64,000 nucleotides of DNA, taken from positions 6,528,001-6,592,000 of the forward strand of contig OZ244999.1 of assembly GCA_965223265.1 (NCBI GenBank), read 5' to 3'. This stretch comes from Planctomycetota bacterium. Lineage in GTDB: Bacteria; Planctomycetota; UBA8108; SXIK01. The notes below the pieces were generated by a model. It had not been told where the DNA came from. It searched no databases and worked only from the letters and a program-made list of their open reading frames with translations. Both the position numbers and the translations under genes were made by a program. The first letter of the stretch is position 1; every line of letters begins with the position of its first letter. This document shows positions 19,903 to 30,569 of this stretch, one piece after another.

Positions 19903-20135
19903 TCTCGGCTCCAGTCAGGATGGATTGGCGCGGTGCGCGTTGGGACAGACTCCCGGAATCGGCGATTTTAGCCAAACTCGGCGGGCCCGGGTAGGCGGAA
20001 ATTCCCGTGCCAACGGCGGCGGCGAAAGTCCCGTGCCGGCAAACTCATCACGGGCCGGCCGCAGCGAGCGCCTGCCCGGAAACAGCGCGCGAGACTGCGT
20101 CCTCGGCGCAGAAGGCCACACGCTCACGCGGCGCG

Positions 20136-21842
20136 TCAGAATCGATACTGATACTCGACGGCGACCGTATGAAGCCGCTCGAGGTCCGCGCTCACGTACT
20201 CGAAGTCGTCGTCGTAGTGGTAGCTCAAGCGCCACTGGTGCCTCGACCACGGACGCCAGCGGACATATGAGCCAAGGCTTGAGGCGCGAAAATCCAGCTC
20301 GGCAAACTGCGCCTCATAATCATAGGCGCGAACGATCGCAGTGAATCCCACGGCAATGTAGCGCTCGAAGTCCTGCTCGATCAGCGCTTCCAGCCCGACG
20401 GACGACGGTTCGCCGTCACCCTCGGCGTCCTCAGGGCGAAAATCAGCCAAACCGTTCGCAAGTGCGGTGTCGTCCAGACGAACCACGCGCCGCGGCAGCT
20501 CGGTGTGAACGTACCGCACGGTCGCGCGGCCCGTTAGCCCGCGCCATGGAGCGTCCGAAATGTCGGCACCGATCCAAACCTCGTGCCAATCGGTGTTGTA
20601 GTTGTCCTCCTCGCTGCCGCCGCGTACCAAGTGCGAGATGACGCCAACGAACGCCCCGTAGTGCTGAAACAAACCCTTGCGCACCTCTAGATAGAACTCG
20701 TCGTAAGGCTCCACGCCGCTGATGTTGAAGTGCTGCTCGACTCGATTCGAGCCGCGCCGAAAAGAAGATTGAGTGAAGTCGAAGATAAAGTCATCCATCT
20801 GGTCGGAGACCTTCGCGACGTAGCGAGCATCCGCCGTCAACTGCAGCGTTTCCGCCGCCGCGTGGGCATCGAAGGTGAGCGAGTGCGGCTCACGGTTGAT
20901 CTGTCGGTAACGGGCAGCCATCCAGCCGAACTCGGGTAGTTCCTGTCGCACCTCGGCTTCAGCGGTATTCCTCAGATAATAGACGTCCGAGAAGTTAAGC
21001 TGCGTTTCGTCGCCGAGCCAGACCGTGACGTGGCCCCCGGCGACGCCGTCGTGAGGCGACGCCGACCTCGAGTAGTACGTCACTCTCGAGCCTCCGAAGA
21101 CGGCAAACTCACTCTCCTGATCGGCGATCGTGACGCCACGTACGCGGGCCGTCGCGCCGTCGAAGTGAGCCCATTCGGCTTCACGCGCATACTGGCGACC
21201 AAGAGTTAACTCCAGGTGGCGCGAAAACGTCTCGACGCGCGCAAACAGCCGCTGGAGCTGAAGAGCTTGGCGATGCTTGAAGCGATCGAATCCGCCGAAC
21301 GACGCCTCGCCCGGCGAAGATCCGTCGATGTCTTTAAAGTATCGGAGCGCCGCTTCGCCTTTGAGCGATTGAATGATTCCTTCCTCCTGCCACGGCACGA
21401 AGAGATCCTCGAAGCGCATTGAGAGGAATTGGTCGACATCTTGGTCGCTCTTGTCATCAGCGCGCATGCGCAACTGCCGCACGTGCTCGAGATCGTCTGC
21501 GGTGACAGGAGAGAATGGCAAATCGGCACGCTTGAAGTCGTACACCTTCGCTTGATAACGAGCGCGATACGTGAGGTGAAGCTTCCCGCCCAGCGTTGGA
21601 TCGTCGGCAAAGCGAGAAAACAGGTTCTCGGTCGCACCGCTATCGCCGTTTGCGTCGTCCGCGTCCTCCGCCCAGAAGTCATCGTCGAGCCCGTCGCCAA
21701 ACGACTCGTCGGACGTCTCATCGAAGGTCGCGTCGTCACCGACGAGGGTGCCTCCGGGACTTAAGAGAATAGCGACTGCAAGCAGCGTCACGACGATGCC
21801 GAATTCCCGTGCGAGAACGGGACGCTGACCCCAACGTTCCAA
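20136..21842 (-). CDS. Outer-membrane beta-barrel (porin-like), partner of the adjacent cytochrome
   Basis: Hydrophobic signal segment, acidic N-terminus, amphipathic aromatic-rich beta-strand pattern, C-terminal VAVEYQYRF beta-signal. Start (TTG 21842 or 21860) is uncertain; the ORF-track extension crosses a repeat. Confidence 0.7.
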   Translation of the reverse strand: MERWGQRPVLAREFGIVVTLLAVAILLSPGGTLVGDDATFDETSDESFGDGLDDDFWAEDADDANGDSGATENLFSRFADDPTLGGKLHLTYRARYQAKVYDFKRADLPFSPVTADDLEHVRQLRMRADDKSDQDVDQFLSMRFEDLFVPWQEEGIIQSLKGEAALRYFKDIDGSSPGEASFGGFDRFKHRQALQLQRLFARVETFSRHLELTLGRQYAREAEWAHFDGATARVRGVTIADQESEFAVFGGSRVTYYSRSASPHDGVAGGHVTVWLGDETQLNFSDVYYLRNTAEAEVRQELPEFGWMAARYRQINREPHSLTFDAHAAAETLQLTADARYVAKVSDQMDDFIFDFTQSSFRRGSNRVEQHFNISGVEPYDEFYLEVRKGLFQHYGAFVGVISHLVRGGSEEDNYNTDWHEVWIGADISDAPWRGLTGRATVRYVHTELPRRVVRLDDTALANGLADFRPEDAEGDGEPSSVGLEALIEQDFERYIAVGFTAIVRAYDYEAQFAELDFRASSLGSYVRWRPWSRHQWRLSYHYDDDFEYVSADLERLHTVAVEYQYRF

Positions 21843-21878
21843 AAAATGCCAACGTTGCAAAAGATGACTGGCGCGGCG

Positions 21879-21980
21879 AAGAGAAAACGCAGAGGTCGGA
21901 GGGGCGCAGAGAGACGCGGAGAGCGTTCTTCTCTGATCTCCGCGGCTCTCTGCGTCTCCGCGTACTCTGCGTTTTCTCTT
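21879..21980. repeat. REP-like imperfect palindrome
   Basis: AAGAGAAAACGCAGAG...GCAGAGAGACGCGGAGA / TCTCCGCGGCTCTCTGC...CTCTGCGTTTTCTCTT. Confidence 0.8.
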
Positions 21981-22063
21981 GCCTTGCGCTGCAGAGTAAG
22001 TGCGCGCTGAGTCGAAAGACTCATACGACTGTAGGGGCTGAGTCGGCCTGGCCCATGGGCGCC

Positions 22064-22828
22064 TCATCGATTGTGACACCCCGCGCAGCTGTCGGCGAAA
22101 TTGTGGCACACGAGGCAGCTCCGGGATCGCAGCAGAGCTGCCTGGCGGTGCCCGCCGCCACCCATGAAGATTGGCGTGTGGTCGGGGGGCGGCTGACTGT
22201 GACAGTTCTCACAGTAAGACACTTCGTGGCACGTAGCACAGGAACGTCGATCATGAGTCGCGAGTCGACCATGAGTCGAACGCGCGAATCGTGGCGTATG
22301 TGATAGAGGCTTGCGAACGGCGTGACAGCCCTGACAATCGTCTTGCACGTGGCACAAAGAACACTTGTAACTCTCTCGCTCCGCCATGTGCTTGTGGTTG
22401 CGAATCCATGTACCGTCATGAAACCGCGGTTTTCGTTGATACCGATTCGTCACATGACATGTGATGCAGTCACGTGATAGGTCGTCGCCGTTGTGACACT
22501 GAAAGCAGCGTGCCATAGCCGGCAGACTCAGCTTGGGGTATGCGTCTGCCGGCGCCTCCGCGCGCAACTCGTTTTCCTCCAGAACGCTCTCTGCGCTGGT
22601 CGAGCTGAAGTGGCAAGTCTCGCACGGCTCAAACGAATGCGTCTCGTGGCTGAAGACGACATCCCCAGCGGCGTACGGTACGTGCTCGACTCCAAAGCGA
22701 AGTCGACTCGCCTCGAAACGGCTCTCTTCAAGCGGAATCAACGCGCAGCTAGCAAAGAAAACAAGAGCCCACAGGGCAAACGACGTCACACGCGCGCGCA
22801 GGGCAGGGCGACCCGCCGATTCGGGCAT
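22064..22828 (-). CDS. Nonaheme c-type cytochrome, probable lipoprotein
   Basis: Nine CxxCH motifs (CETCH, CFQCH, CITCH, CSLCH, CQGCH, CATCH, CENCH, CLVCH, CAGCH); signal peptide ending FFAS-C. Confidence 0.9.
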   Translation of the reverse strand: MPESAGRPALRARVTSFALWALVFFASCALIPLEESRFEASRLRFGVEHVPYAAGDVVFSHETHSFEPCETCHFSSTSAESVLEENELRAEAPADAYPKLSLPAMARCFQCHNGDDLSRDCITCHVTNRYQRKPRFHDGTWIRNHKHMAERESYKCSLCHVQDDCQGCHAVRKPLSHTPRFARSTHGRLATHDRRSCATCHEVSYCENCHSQPPPDHTPIFMGGGGHRQAALLRSRSCLVCHNFADSCAGCHNR

Positions 22829-23033
22829 GACAAACTCCGTGGATGGCGACGCGAATTCCGGCCTCGGATCAACAGGCTTTCGCCGATGGGGCGAGTTCAG
22901 TGGCGCCAGAGCTGAGGCAGTCGCGACGCCAAATGAATCCCTGCGGGCAAGGAATGCAAAGAGGACGGCGGGGAATGAGCGAGAAAGATTGTACCACTCT
23001 CGATGAGAGTCGAGAGCACTTTCGCGTCACGGA

Positions 23034-24305
23034 CTATTGCACGCCGTCGTTGCTCGAACGGAGGAGTCGATCGGCGCGTTCGGCAACTGGTAGGTCCTCG
23101 CCGAACACCTCCTTAACGAGTCGCCAGGTGCGCTGCGCCTCCTTTGGACGACGGCTGTGCGCCTGGCACTCCCCCCGCATGACGAGAGCCTCGGCGCGCC
23201 AAGCTGTCTCCCCCATCTCCAACAGAGCCTCGACGTGCGCGCGCGCGAAGCGAACAGCGGTAGCGCGATCAGAAAAACCATCGCCGTCGCCCCGCAGCGC
23301 CTCTTTTGCGAGCAGATAGTGAAGCGTACTGCCGAGCGGCCCGCGACGGTCTTCCCCAAGAAACACCTCGAGCTTGGGAACTACGCGGGGTTTACCACGA
23401 CGCAGATCGGCTAGGAGCGACTGAAAAACTCGAGCACGCTCCGCGGGCATCGCTCGCTCCACACGCTCGCGCGACGCAGCATTGACGCGTCGTGAGAATC
23501 CCGCGACGTCGGTCCCGAGCGCGGAGGCGAGCTCCATGTGGAATGGTCGACCAGAGCAAACCCTTCGCAGCAGACGGCTCATTCCATCGTCACCTAGCCG
23601 CTCGCTCAACCAATCAACCGCGAGGAAAGCTTCTGCGTAGGTGATGACCGGAGCCTCATCCAGTGTCGAATCAGCGCGGGCCGAAGTCGCCGTCGGACGC
23701 ACCCCGTGAAGAAACGCCGTGGGTTGCTGACCGCGAAACACGGTGAACCCAATGCGCTCGCGCAATCGCGCCGCGCCTTCACCGGCGAAGAGCTGCGAAA
23801 GTCCCTCTCGGAACCACCACGGCACCGACGTATACCGCGACAACTCGCCGCGGTGTGAAGCCAAGACGGCGTGGGCAGTCTCGTGAAAAATCACGCTCTT
23901 CACCGCAGCGGGGTCAGCAAGGAACTTTCGCGCCGGCAGTTCGACGCGAATGCTCTCGCCGTCGAATAGAATACGCCCGAGTTCGAAGTATCCGTGGGGA
24001 ACCGTCGGCACCGTCGCTCGCGGCGCCGCACCGGCAGCACTCGTTTCGAACGCCCAGTCGATGCGATGCGAACCGAAACGCAAATTGAATCGTTCAGCGA
24101 AGGCACGCGCAGCATCCTTGCGGGCCCGTTCGGCCGCTGCAAGCAGGCGAGGGAAGCGTTCGTCCTTCTCGTACACCCCGGGCAGAACCGTCCACCGCGG
24201 TGCAGCCTGCGCACTACCGACACAGCATGTCAGCACCAGAGTCGCGATGAAGGCGCCTTCAACCGCCACGCAGAAACTCGTCCATTGCTTCGTTGGCGAG
24301 TTCAT
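23034..24305 (-). CDS. Exported protein with a gluzincin-like metallopeptidase motif and C-terminal TPR-like region
   Basis: Signal-like N-terminus ending AQA; FHETAH followed by PWWFREGLS. Confidence 0.6.
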   Translation of the reverse strand: MNSPTKQWTSFCVAVEGAFIATLVLTCCVGSAQAAPRWTVLPGVYEKDERFPRLLAAAERARKDAARAFAERFNLRFGSHRIDWAFETSAAGAAPRATVPTVPHGYFELGRILFDGESIRVELPARKFLADPAAVKSVIFHETAHAVLASHRGELSRYTSVPWWFREGLSQLFAGEGAARLRERIGFTVFRGQQPTAFLHGVRPTATSARADSTLDEAPVITYAEAFLAVDWLSERLGDDGMSRLLRRVCSGRPFHMELASALGTDVAGFSRRVNAASRERVERAMPAERARVFQSLLADLRRGKPRVVPKLEVFLGEDRRGPLGSTLHYLLAKEALRGDGDGFSDRATAVRFARAHVEALLEMGETAWRAEALVMRGECQAHSRRPKEAQRTWRLVKEVFGEDLPVAERADRLLRSSNDGVQ

Positions 24306-24699
24306 CACATCTCTCGTTTTCGGCGTGCCCGGCATGGCCGCGGACCCACTGCCAAACAACCTTGTGCGGTCTGGCCACTTCGATCAATCGCTCCCAGAGA
24401 TCCCGGTTCAAGACGGGTTGACGCTTCGAGTTCGTCCAGCCGCGACGTTGCCACGACGCCACCCACTCCGTCATTCCCTTGACCACATACTGTGAGTCGG
24501 TCACAACCGTGACCGTACCCGGCACTTCGATCTGCTCGAAGCCTGCAATCGCAGCTGAAAGCTCCATACGATTGTTCGTCGTATCTGCCTCCGCATGTTT
24601 CAGCTCTTTGAAGATCCCTTCACCTTGAACGATGACGCCAAAGCCACCCACGCCGGGATTGCCCCGGCACGCACCGTCGCAGAAGACGGCGTACCTCAT
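24259..24699 (-). CDS. rnhA: Ribonuclease HI
   Basis: [42 protein letters not shown]. Confidence 0.96.
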   Translation of the reverse strand: MRYAVFCDGACRGNPGVGGFGVIVQGEGIFKELKHAEADTTNNRMELSAAIAGFEQIEVPGTVTVVTDSQYVVKGMTEWVASWQRRGWTNSKRQPVLNRDLWERLIEVARPHKVVWQWVRGHAGHAENERCDELANEAMDEFLRGG

Positions 24700-24887
24700 T
24701 TTCTCGCTCACGCCCTGCCTTTCAACTGTCTCCCGCTCCGCCTTCCGATCAGCCTCGGATCGGGACAGAGCTCCCAAAACGCCAAGTTACCTGCTTCGTC
24801 GATCGATCAATCCAGCTCTCCCTACGCTGGAGGCGATTCCCCGGTCTTCCCGTTCATAACTTTCGGACAGGCTCTCCGCAAGCCCGT

Positions 24888-27044
24888 TCATCCATTATGA
24901 CTCTCTTGAGACCGCCGCTGACGGCCCGACGGTCGAAAACTGATTTCCCGGGCATCCGGATTGACCTCCGACAAGACGACCCGGAGCTTGTCCCCGATCA
25001 AAAACTCGGTTTTCCTCCGTCTCCCTATAAGTTTTCTGCGTTTCTCGTCGTAATCATAAAAGTCATTCCCCATGCTCGCCACATGGACTAGGCCCTCGAC
25101 GAGATTCTCTTCACAGCGGACGACCAAACCATACGGCAGGATATAGATGATATGGACGTCCATTTCTGTTCCAACCAGGGGCTCCAGATAGCGAATCAGC
25201 CGTAGACGGGCCATCTCCCGTTCAGCTTCCTCTGCCCGCCGTTCGAGCTCGGACGCGCGCGCGAGAACCTCCGGTAGCCGTTCTTCCCAGCGCTGCGCAC
25301 GGCTCCGCGACAGATCCCCGCTCAGATGCGCCTCGAGAATCTGGTGGACGAGCAGATCGGGGTAGCGCCGGATCGGGGAGGTAAAATGGCAGTAGGCGTT
25401 GGTCGCGAGCGCGAAGTGCGCAGCTTCCGTTGCCGAGTACTCGGCGTGCCCCATGGTGCGCAGGAGGCTCAGCTGCACAACGGCGCCGAATGGCTCCGAC
25501 TCGACGTCGCGCACCAGCTGCTGCAGTTCCTCAGCCGCAGAGCCACCTCGATACTTCACCCCTATGGCGCCGAGGAACTCCAAGAACTCTTCAAATTTGT
25601 CCCCCTCGGGGGGCGGATGCGTGCGCAGAGCGCGCGGTAGTTTCTTTTTTATGAGAAAACGAGCCACAGTCTCGTTCGCGGCGACCATAAACTCTTCGAT
25701 CAAAGAGTGTGCAGCGTCACGCTCCTCACGTGCGATCCCAGTGACGTTTCCGTCATCGTCAGCCACAAGCACCGGCTTGGGCAGATCCAGGTAGAGCGAA
25801 CCTCGATCGTAGCGCGCCCGCTGCAGAATCCGGCTCAACTCCCCCATCTGCCTCAAGATGAGCCTCGGATCGCTGTGCGTGGCCTCGCCCACTGGTCGAC
25901 CTTTCGCGTCTTCCAAGACCTCCAAAACTTCCTCATACGCGTAGCGGTAGTGTGAACGAATGACGGAACGGACGATCTCACTATTGAGCATCGCACCCTG
26001 AGGGTCGAACGTCATAAACACACTCTTGGTGAGACGATCTTCCTCGGGTCTCAAACTGCAGAGATCATTCGACAATCGCTCCGGCAGCATCGGCACAACG
26101 CGCCCTGAGAGGTAGATCGACGTGCCGCGCGCCTCGGCTTCATGATCGAGAGGAGACCCATCGGGGACGTAGTGAGAAACGTCCGCGATGTGGACGCCGA
26201 GCCTTACGCGCCCCTCTGAGAGCTGCTCCAGCGAGACCGCGTCGTCGAAGTCCTGCGCACCGACCGGATCGATCGTGAACGTCAGAAGATCGCGAAGATC
26301 CCGGCGATCCGGCCACCGTGAGTTCTGCTTGACGCCGCGCGCAGCTTTCGCCTCCTGTAAAGCCTCGGCAGGAAACTCTCCTGGCAACTCGAACTCAGCG
26401 CAGATGACGCGGAAATCTGAATCGAGCGAGCCTTCGTCGCGCAGACGTACTTCCACCTTCCCCCGCAAATCATCGCTCCCTCCGCGCGCAGGCAGCGCAC
26501 GAACCAATACCTTTTCACCGCCGCGAGCGCCGCCGAGGTGCTCGGGAGAAATGTAAATCTCGACGCCGTGGCCGTCGGCCTGAAGCATGGCTCCGCCGCC
26601 CCCAATCTTTCGCAGCCGGCCTCGAAGCAGTTGTCGCGACCTCTCGACGACTTCGACAACTCGCACCTCTCGCAGACGCCCCGTCGGTACTCGCCCTCTC
26701 TTCTTCACGAGCTTGGCCAGCACCAGGTCGCCACCAAGAGCACTACCGCGACCGTCAGGGGCGACGAAGAACTCCTCGTCTGGGTCGCGCACAGAGCGGA
26801 CGTACGCGTGACCTTGCCGCGCCACACGCACCGACCCGATGCGATAGGGGCTCTTCGGCGACAGGTACGACCAGCCCTGACCTCGCAGGCGGTAGATCTG
26901 CCCAGCTCGCTCGAGCCGTGCCAGCTCTGCCTTGAGCTCTGCGGCCCCTGTCTCGTCCAAGCCCCAGAATCGGACGAGCTCCGCGCTGCCCTGATGGGGT
27001 TGCTCCTCAAGGTGTGCGAGGATCTCTTGACTCGTCGGCGGCAT
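24888..27044 (-). CDS. rnr: Ribonuclease R (RNB family)
   Basis: FTIDPVGAQDFDDA, VHIADVSHYV, IEEFMVAANE, HFTSPIRRYPDL and C-terminal S1 domain. Confidence 0.92.
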   Translation of the reverse strand: MPPTSQEILAHLEEQPHQGSAELVRFWGLDETGAAELKAELARLERAGQIYRLRGQGWSYLSPKSPYRIGSVRVARQGHAYVRSVRDPDEEFFVAPDGRGSALGGDLVLAKLVKKRGRVPTGRLREVRVVEVVERSRQLLRGRLRKIGGGGAMLQADGHGVEIYISPEHLGGARGGEKVLVRALPARGGSDDLRGKVEVRLRDEGSLDSDFRVICAEFELPGEFPAEALQEAKAARGVKQNSRWPDRRDLRDLLTFTIDPVGAQDFDDAVSLEQLSEGRVRLGVHIADVSHYVPDGSPLDHEAEARGTSIYLSGRVVPMLPERLSNDLCSLRPEEDRLTKSVFMTFDPQGAMLNSEIVRSVIRSHYRYAYEEVLEVLEDAKGRPVGEATHSDPRLILRQMGELSRILQRARYDRGSLYLDLPKPVLVADDDGNVTGIAREERDAAHSLIEEFMVAANETVARFLIKKKLPRALRTHPPPEGDKFEEFLEFLGAIGVKYRGGSAAEELQQLVRDVESEPFGAVVQLSLLRTMGHAEYSATEAAHFALATNAYCHFTSPIRRYPDLLVHQILEAHLSGDLSRSRAQRWEERLPEVLARASELERRAEEAEREMARLRLIRYLEPLVGTEMDVHIIYILPYGLVVRCEENLVEGLVHVASMGNDFYDYDEKRRKLIGRRRKTEFLIGDKLRVVLSEVNPDAREISFRPSGRQRRSQESHNG

Positions 27045-27319
27045 GCAGATGCTCGATCTTCTCTTCGGTGCCCGACCAGTTCATACCACACTTCCAGGCG
27101 CAGGCGTGCAAAAAAGGCCTCCGGCCCCGGACGCCTCCACAAAAGTCCCCATTCGAAACACATCGGACTGCGTTCGTCTCTGGGGGCACACTTCGAGGCG
27201 AAGGATCAGCCGGATGGGTTGGACTGGTTAGAGTATCTCGCGCAGTCTCCCTGGCTTTCTAGCGAAGTACCCAAACCAGCCGACCCGCAAGCCTCTGGAC
27301 GGACGTCGGTAGCAGCCTG

Positions 27320-28543
27320 TCAATTGATCGTTTCGATGATCTTGATCAGAGGCATGAACAGCGCCACCACGATGAAGCCGACGACGCCTCCCAGGCCGAC
27401 GATAATCATCGGCTCGATGAGGCTGGAGACACCTTCCACCGCAACGTCGACGTCAGCCTCGTAGTTGTCGGCAATCTTGATCAACATCTTGTCGAGCTCG
27501 CCGGTCTCTTCACCGACGTCGATCATGTTGACCAGGAGTTCATCGAACACACCAGAGTTTCTCAACGGCTCGGCGACGGTGTCACCTTCGCGAATACTGC
27601 CGTGGACCTCCTCGATAGCATTCGCAATGACGACATTCCCGACCGCGTCTTTGACGATACGCAGCGCCTCCAGAATCGGCACGCCAGAGGCGATGAGAGT
27701 TCCGAGAGTACGGCAAAACCTCGAGATCGATGACTTCTTGATGATCATGCCGAAGACAGGAATCTTCAGCTTGATGCGATCAAGGAGGGTCTTCCCGTTG
27801 TCCGTGCTCGCCACGGCCTTACCCACCACGAACAGCACAAACGGCACGCCCGGGAGCAAGTACCAATAGGTGCGTACGAGGTGACTACTGGCGAGAAGCA
27901 GCTGCGTCGGACCAGGAAGCTCCTGGCCCAGGTCCTTGAACATCTTTTCGAACGACGGCACGACGAACATCATGATGCACGCCACGATGAGCACCGCCAC
28001 GACGATGACCGCGATGGGATAGACGAGCGCCCCCTTCACCTTCTTTTTGATCTTCTCGGCCTTCTCCATGAAGGTCGCGAGTCGAGACAGAATCACGTCG
28101 AGCACACCGCCGGCTTCACCGGCTCTGACCATACTGACGTAGAGCTTGTCGAAGCTCTTGGGATACTTCGACAGAGCCTCGGAGAAGGTACTTCCCTGTT
28201 CGACGTCGTCACTCGTGCCTTCTAGCTGGTCACGGAACTTGCCCGGCTTTTGCTGCTCGGCAAGAATGCGCAGGCTCCGCACGATCGGCAGCCCCGCATC
28301 CTGCAGCGTCGAAAGCTGGGTGGTGAACGTGACGATCTGCTGGTGCTTGACGCGATCGAGAAGGGACCCGCCCTTTTTCTTCTTCTTTGCTTTCGGTGCG
28401 GACCGTGCCCGCATCGAGACACGCGTCGGTCGAAGGCCTTCGGAGCGTGCTTGCTTGATCGCATCGTCCTTGGACGACGCGTTGATCTCCTTCTTGACCT
28501 TCTGCCCGTTGTTGTCAACCGCTTCAACTGCGAAAACGGGCAT
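27320..28543 (-). CDS. pilC: Type IV pilus/T2SS inner-membrane platform protein (PilC/GspF)
   Basis: FTTQLSTLQDAGLP, AGEAGGVLD, YPIAV, GEETGELDKML, LIEP. Confidence 0.88.
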   Translation of the reverse strand: MPVFAVEAVDNNGQKVKKEINASSKDDAIKQARSEGLRPTRVSMRARSAPKAKKKKKGGSLLDRVKHQQIVTFTTQLSTLQDAGLPIVRSLRILAEQQKPGKFRDQLEGTSDDVEQGSTFSEALSKYPKSFDKLYVSMVRAGEAGGVLDVILSRLATFMEKAEKIKKKVKGALVYPIAVIVVAVLIVACIMMFVVPSFEKMFKDLGQELPGPTQLLLASSHLVRTYWYLLPGVPFVLFVVGKAVASTDNGKTLLDRIKLKIPVFGMIIKKSSISRFCRTLGTLIASGVPILEALRIVKDAVGNVVIANAIEEVHGSIREGDTVAEPLRNSGVFDELLVNMIDVGEETGELDKMLIKIADNYEADVDVAVEGVSSLIEPMIIVGLGGVVGFIVVALFMPLIKIIETIN

Positions 28544-28808
28544 ACTTCCCTCCTATCGGGTACTTGCTTCACACGACCGACGAAGAGTCGGCACTAGATC
28601 TTACGGTTTTCTTTCGTGCCAGAATCCGTCCGCCGCGGGTGAGACCGGGCGACACCATCTTATCCCACGCGCCAGCGGCTTCCAAGGTCGAATGGTAGGG
28701 TTTCCTCCAGCTTCTGGCAAGAGAATCAAGGTCTCCTGACTTGGCGCAGCGTAGACGGCCGCCACGACTCGTCGGGGAACCTCCCTCCACCGACCTCCCG
28801 TCGCCCTG

Positions 28809-30503
28809 TTAGGTCATGATCGTTTCCTTCACCACCTCTTCGATGGTCGTCACTCCGTCGTAGATGTGAAGCAGTCCGGCGTCGCGAAGCGTTCGCATGC
28901 CGTCCTCCTTGGCTGCGACCCGAAGCTCGGCGGTCGAAGCGTGGTTCATAATCATGTCACGCAAGCGATCCGTGATAATGAACATCTCGAAAATCGCGAT
29001 ACGGCCCTTGTATCCCGTGTTGTTACACTTCTTGCAGCCCTTGCCGTAGAAGAACTGCTGTCCTTCGACGCCGGTGCGGGTGAGCTCAAGCTCGTAAAGC
29101 TCTTCGTCGGTCGGCTCGTACGGCTCCTTGCAGTCGACACAGATCCGCCGCACCAGGCGCTGGGCAATGATGCCCTCAAGACACGCGGTCATGAGGAAGG
29201 GCTCCAGCCCCAAGTCAAGAAGCCGCGTCACCGCCGACGGGGCATCGTTGGTGTGGAGGGTGCTAAAAACAATGTGCCCAGTCAGCGCCGCCTCGACGGA
29301 GATCTCCGCCGTCTCGAGGTCGCGAATCTCACCGACGAGAATCTTGTCGGGATCTTGCCGCAAGATACTGCGCAGACACGCGGCGAACGTGGTACCGATC
29401 TCATCGTTGATCTGGACCTGCACGATACCCTCGAGGTCGTATTCGACAGGATCTTCAGTCGTGATGATCTTGACGCCGACGTCGTTGGCTTCGTGCAGAA
29501 CGGAATAGAGCGTCGTTGTTTTACCGCTTCCGGTAGGTCCAGTGACAAGAATAATGCCGTTCGGCTTGCCACAAACCTTGCGCATCTTCTCCAGCTCATC
29601 CGGACGCAAACCCAGCGACTCGAGATTGAGCGCGAGGTTTTGGCGGTCAAGAATACGCATGACAACGCTCTCGCCATACATGGTCGGAAGAGTCGAAACA
29701 CGCAAGTCGACTGGGCTGCCGCCGATATTGAGTTCGATCCGTCCGTCCTGCGGCAGTCGCGTTTCGGCGATGTCGAGATTCGCCATGACCTTGACGCGTG
29801 AAATCACCGCCCGGGCCAGGTGAATCGGCGGCGGCATCATTTCATAGAGGACGCCGTCAACGCGGTAACGCACCTTGAATTCGTGTTCGAACGGCTCAAG
29901 GTGAATGTCCGCAGACCGGTCGCGAATCGCCTGAAGGAGAATCATGTTGAGGAGCTTGACGACGGGAGCGGCGTTCGCATCGGCCTCCATCTGGGCGATG
30001 TCGATGCTCTGCCGCTCCTTCCCGCTCGCCTCGGAGCCCGAGCCATCGAGAAGAGCATCCATGCGATTCGGCTCGTAGAAGCGCTCGAGGGCACGCTTGA
30101 GGCCTTCTTCGCTCGCCATGACGATGCGAAAGTTATCGATCTTCGGCAGCGAGAAACGCAAATCGTCGACGAGACTCAACTCGTCAGACTTGCAGGTCGC
30201 GACGGTCAGGGTGGCGCCGTCGTATTCAATCGGCATGATCTGAAACGTTTCAGCCGTTGTCGAGTCGACCAGCTCAAGGACTTCAGGAACGATTTCCTCC
30301 TTGTCGAGGTCGCGGTACTCGAGCCCACGCTGGACCGCCAGAGCGCGCGCCAAGTCATCCTCGGAGATCAGTCCGAGTTCCTCGCGCAGAATCTCTCCCA
30401 GCGCGCCGCCTTTCTCCTTCTGGACCTCAAGCGCCTGCTGCACATCGAATTCGGAGACAATCTCCAGTTCCTTGAGGATCTGACCGAGTCTCTTGTTCAG
30501 CAC
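28809..30503 (-). CDS. pilB: PilB/GspE assembly ATPase with MshEN-like N-terminus
   Basis: RLGQIL N-terminus, GPTGSGKTTT, EDPVEY, LRQDPD, STLHTND and a tetra-Cys motif. Confidence 0.88.
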   Translation of the reverse strand: MLNKRLGQILKELEIVSEFDVQQALEVQKEKGGALGEILREELGLISEDDLARALAVQRGLEYRDLDKEEIVPEVLELVDSTTAETFQIMPIEYDGATLTVATCKSDELSLVDDLRFSLPKIDNFRIVMASEEGLKRALERFYEPNRMDALLDGSGSEASGKERQSIDIAQMEADANAAPVVKLLNMILLQAIRDRSADIHLEPFEHEFKVRYRVDGVLYEMMPPPIHLARAVISRVKVMANLDIAETRLPQDGRIELNIGGSPVDLRVSTLPTMYGESVVMRILDRQNLALNLESLGLRPDELEKMRKVCGKPNGIILVTGPTGSGKTTTLYSVLHEANDVGVKIITTEDPVEYDLEGIVQVQINDEIGTTFAACLRSILRQDPDKILVGEIRDLETAEISVEAALTGHIVFSTLHTNDAPSAVTRLLDLGLEPFLMTACLEGIIAQRLVRRICVDCKEPYEPTDEELYELELTRTGVEGQQFFYGKGCKKCNNTGYKGRIAIFEMFIITDRLRDMIMNHASTAELRVAAKEDGMRTLRDAGLLHIYDGVTTIEEVVKETIMT

Positions 30504-30569
30504 GCCAATTCTCCTTGCTCTTTCTTACGAATGCTGCCCTGCGGGATGTCGCGCTCGCCTTGCATCTGA

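Noticed and set aside
21861-22109. N-terminal ~85 aa of the 657-aa porin ORF
   Set aside because: It overlaps the cytochrome gene and runs through a palindromic repeat; the signal peptide begins later.
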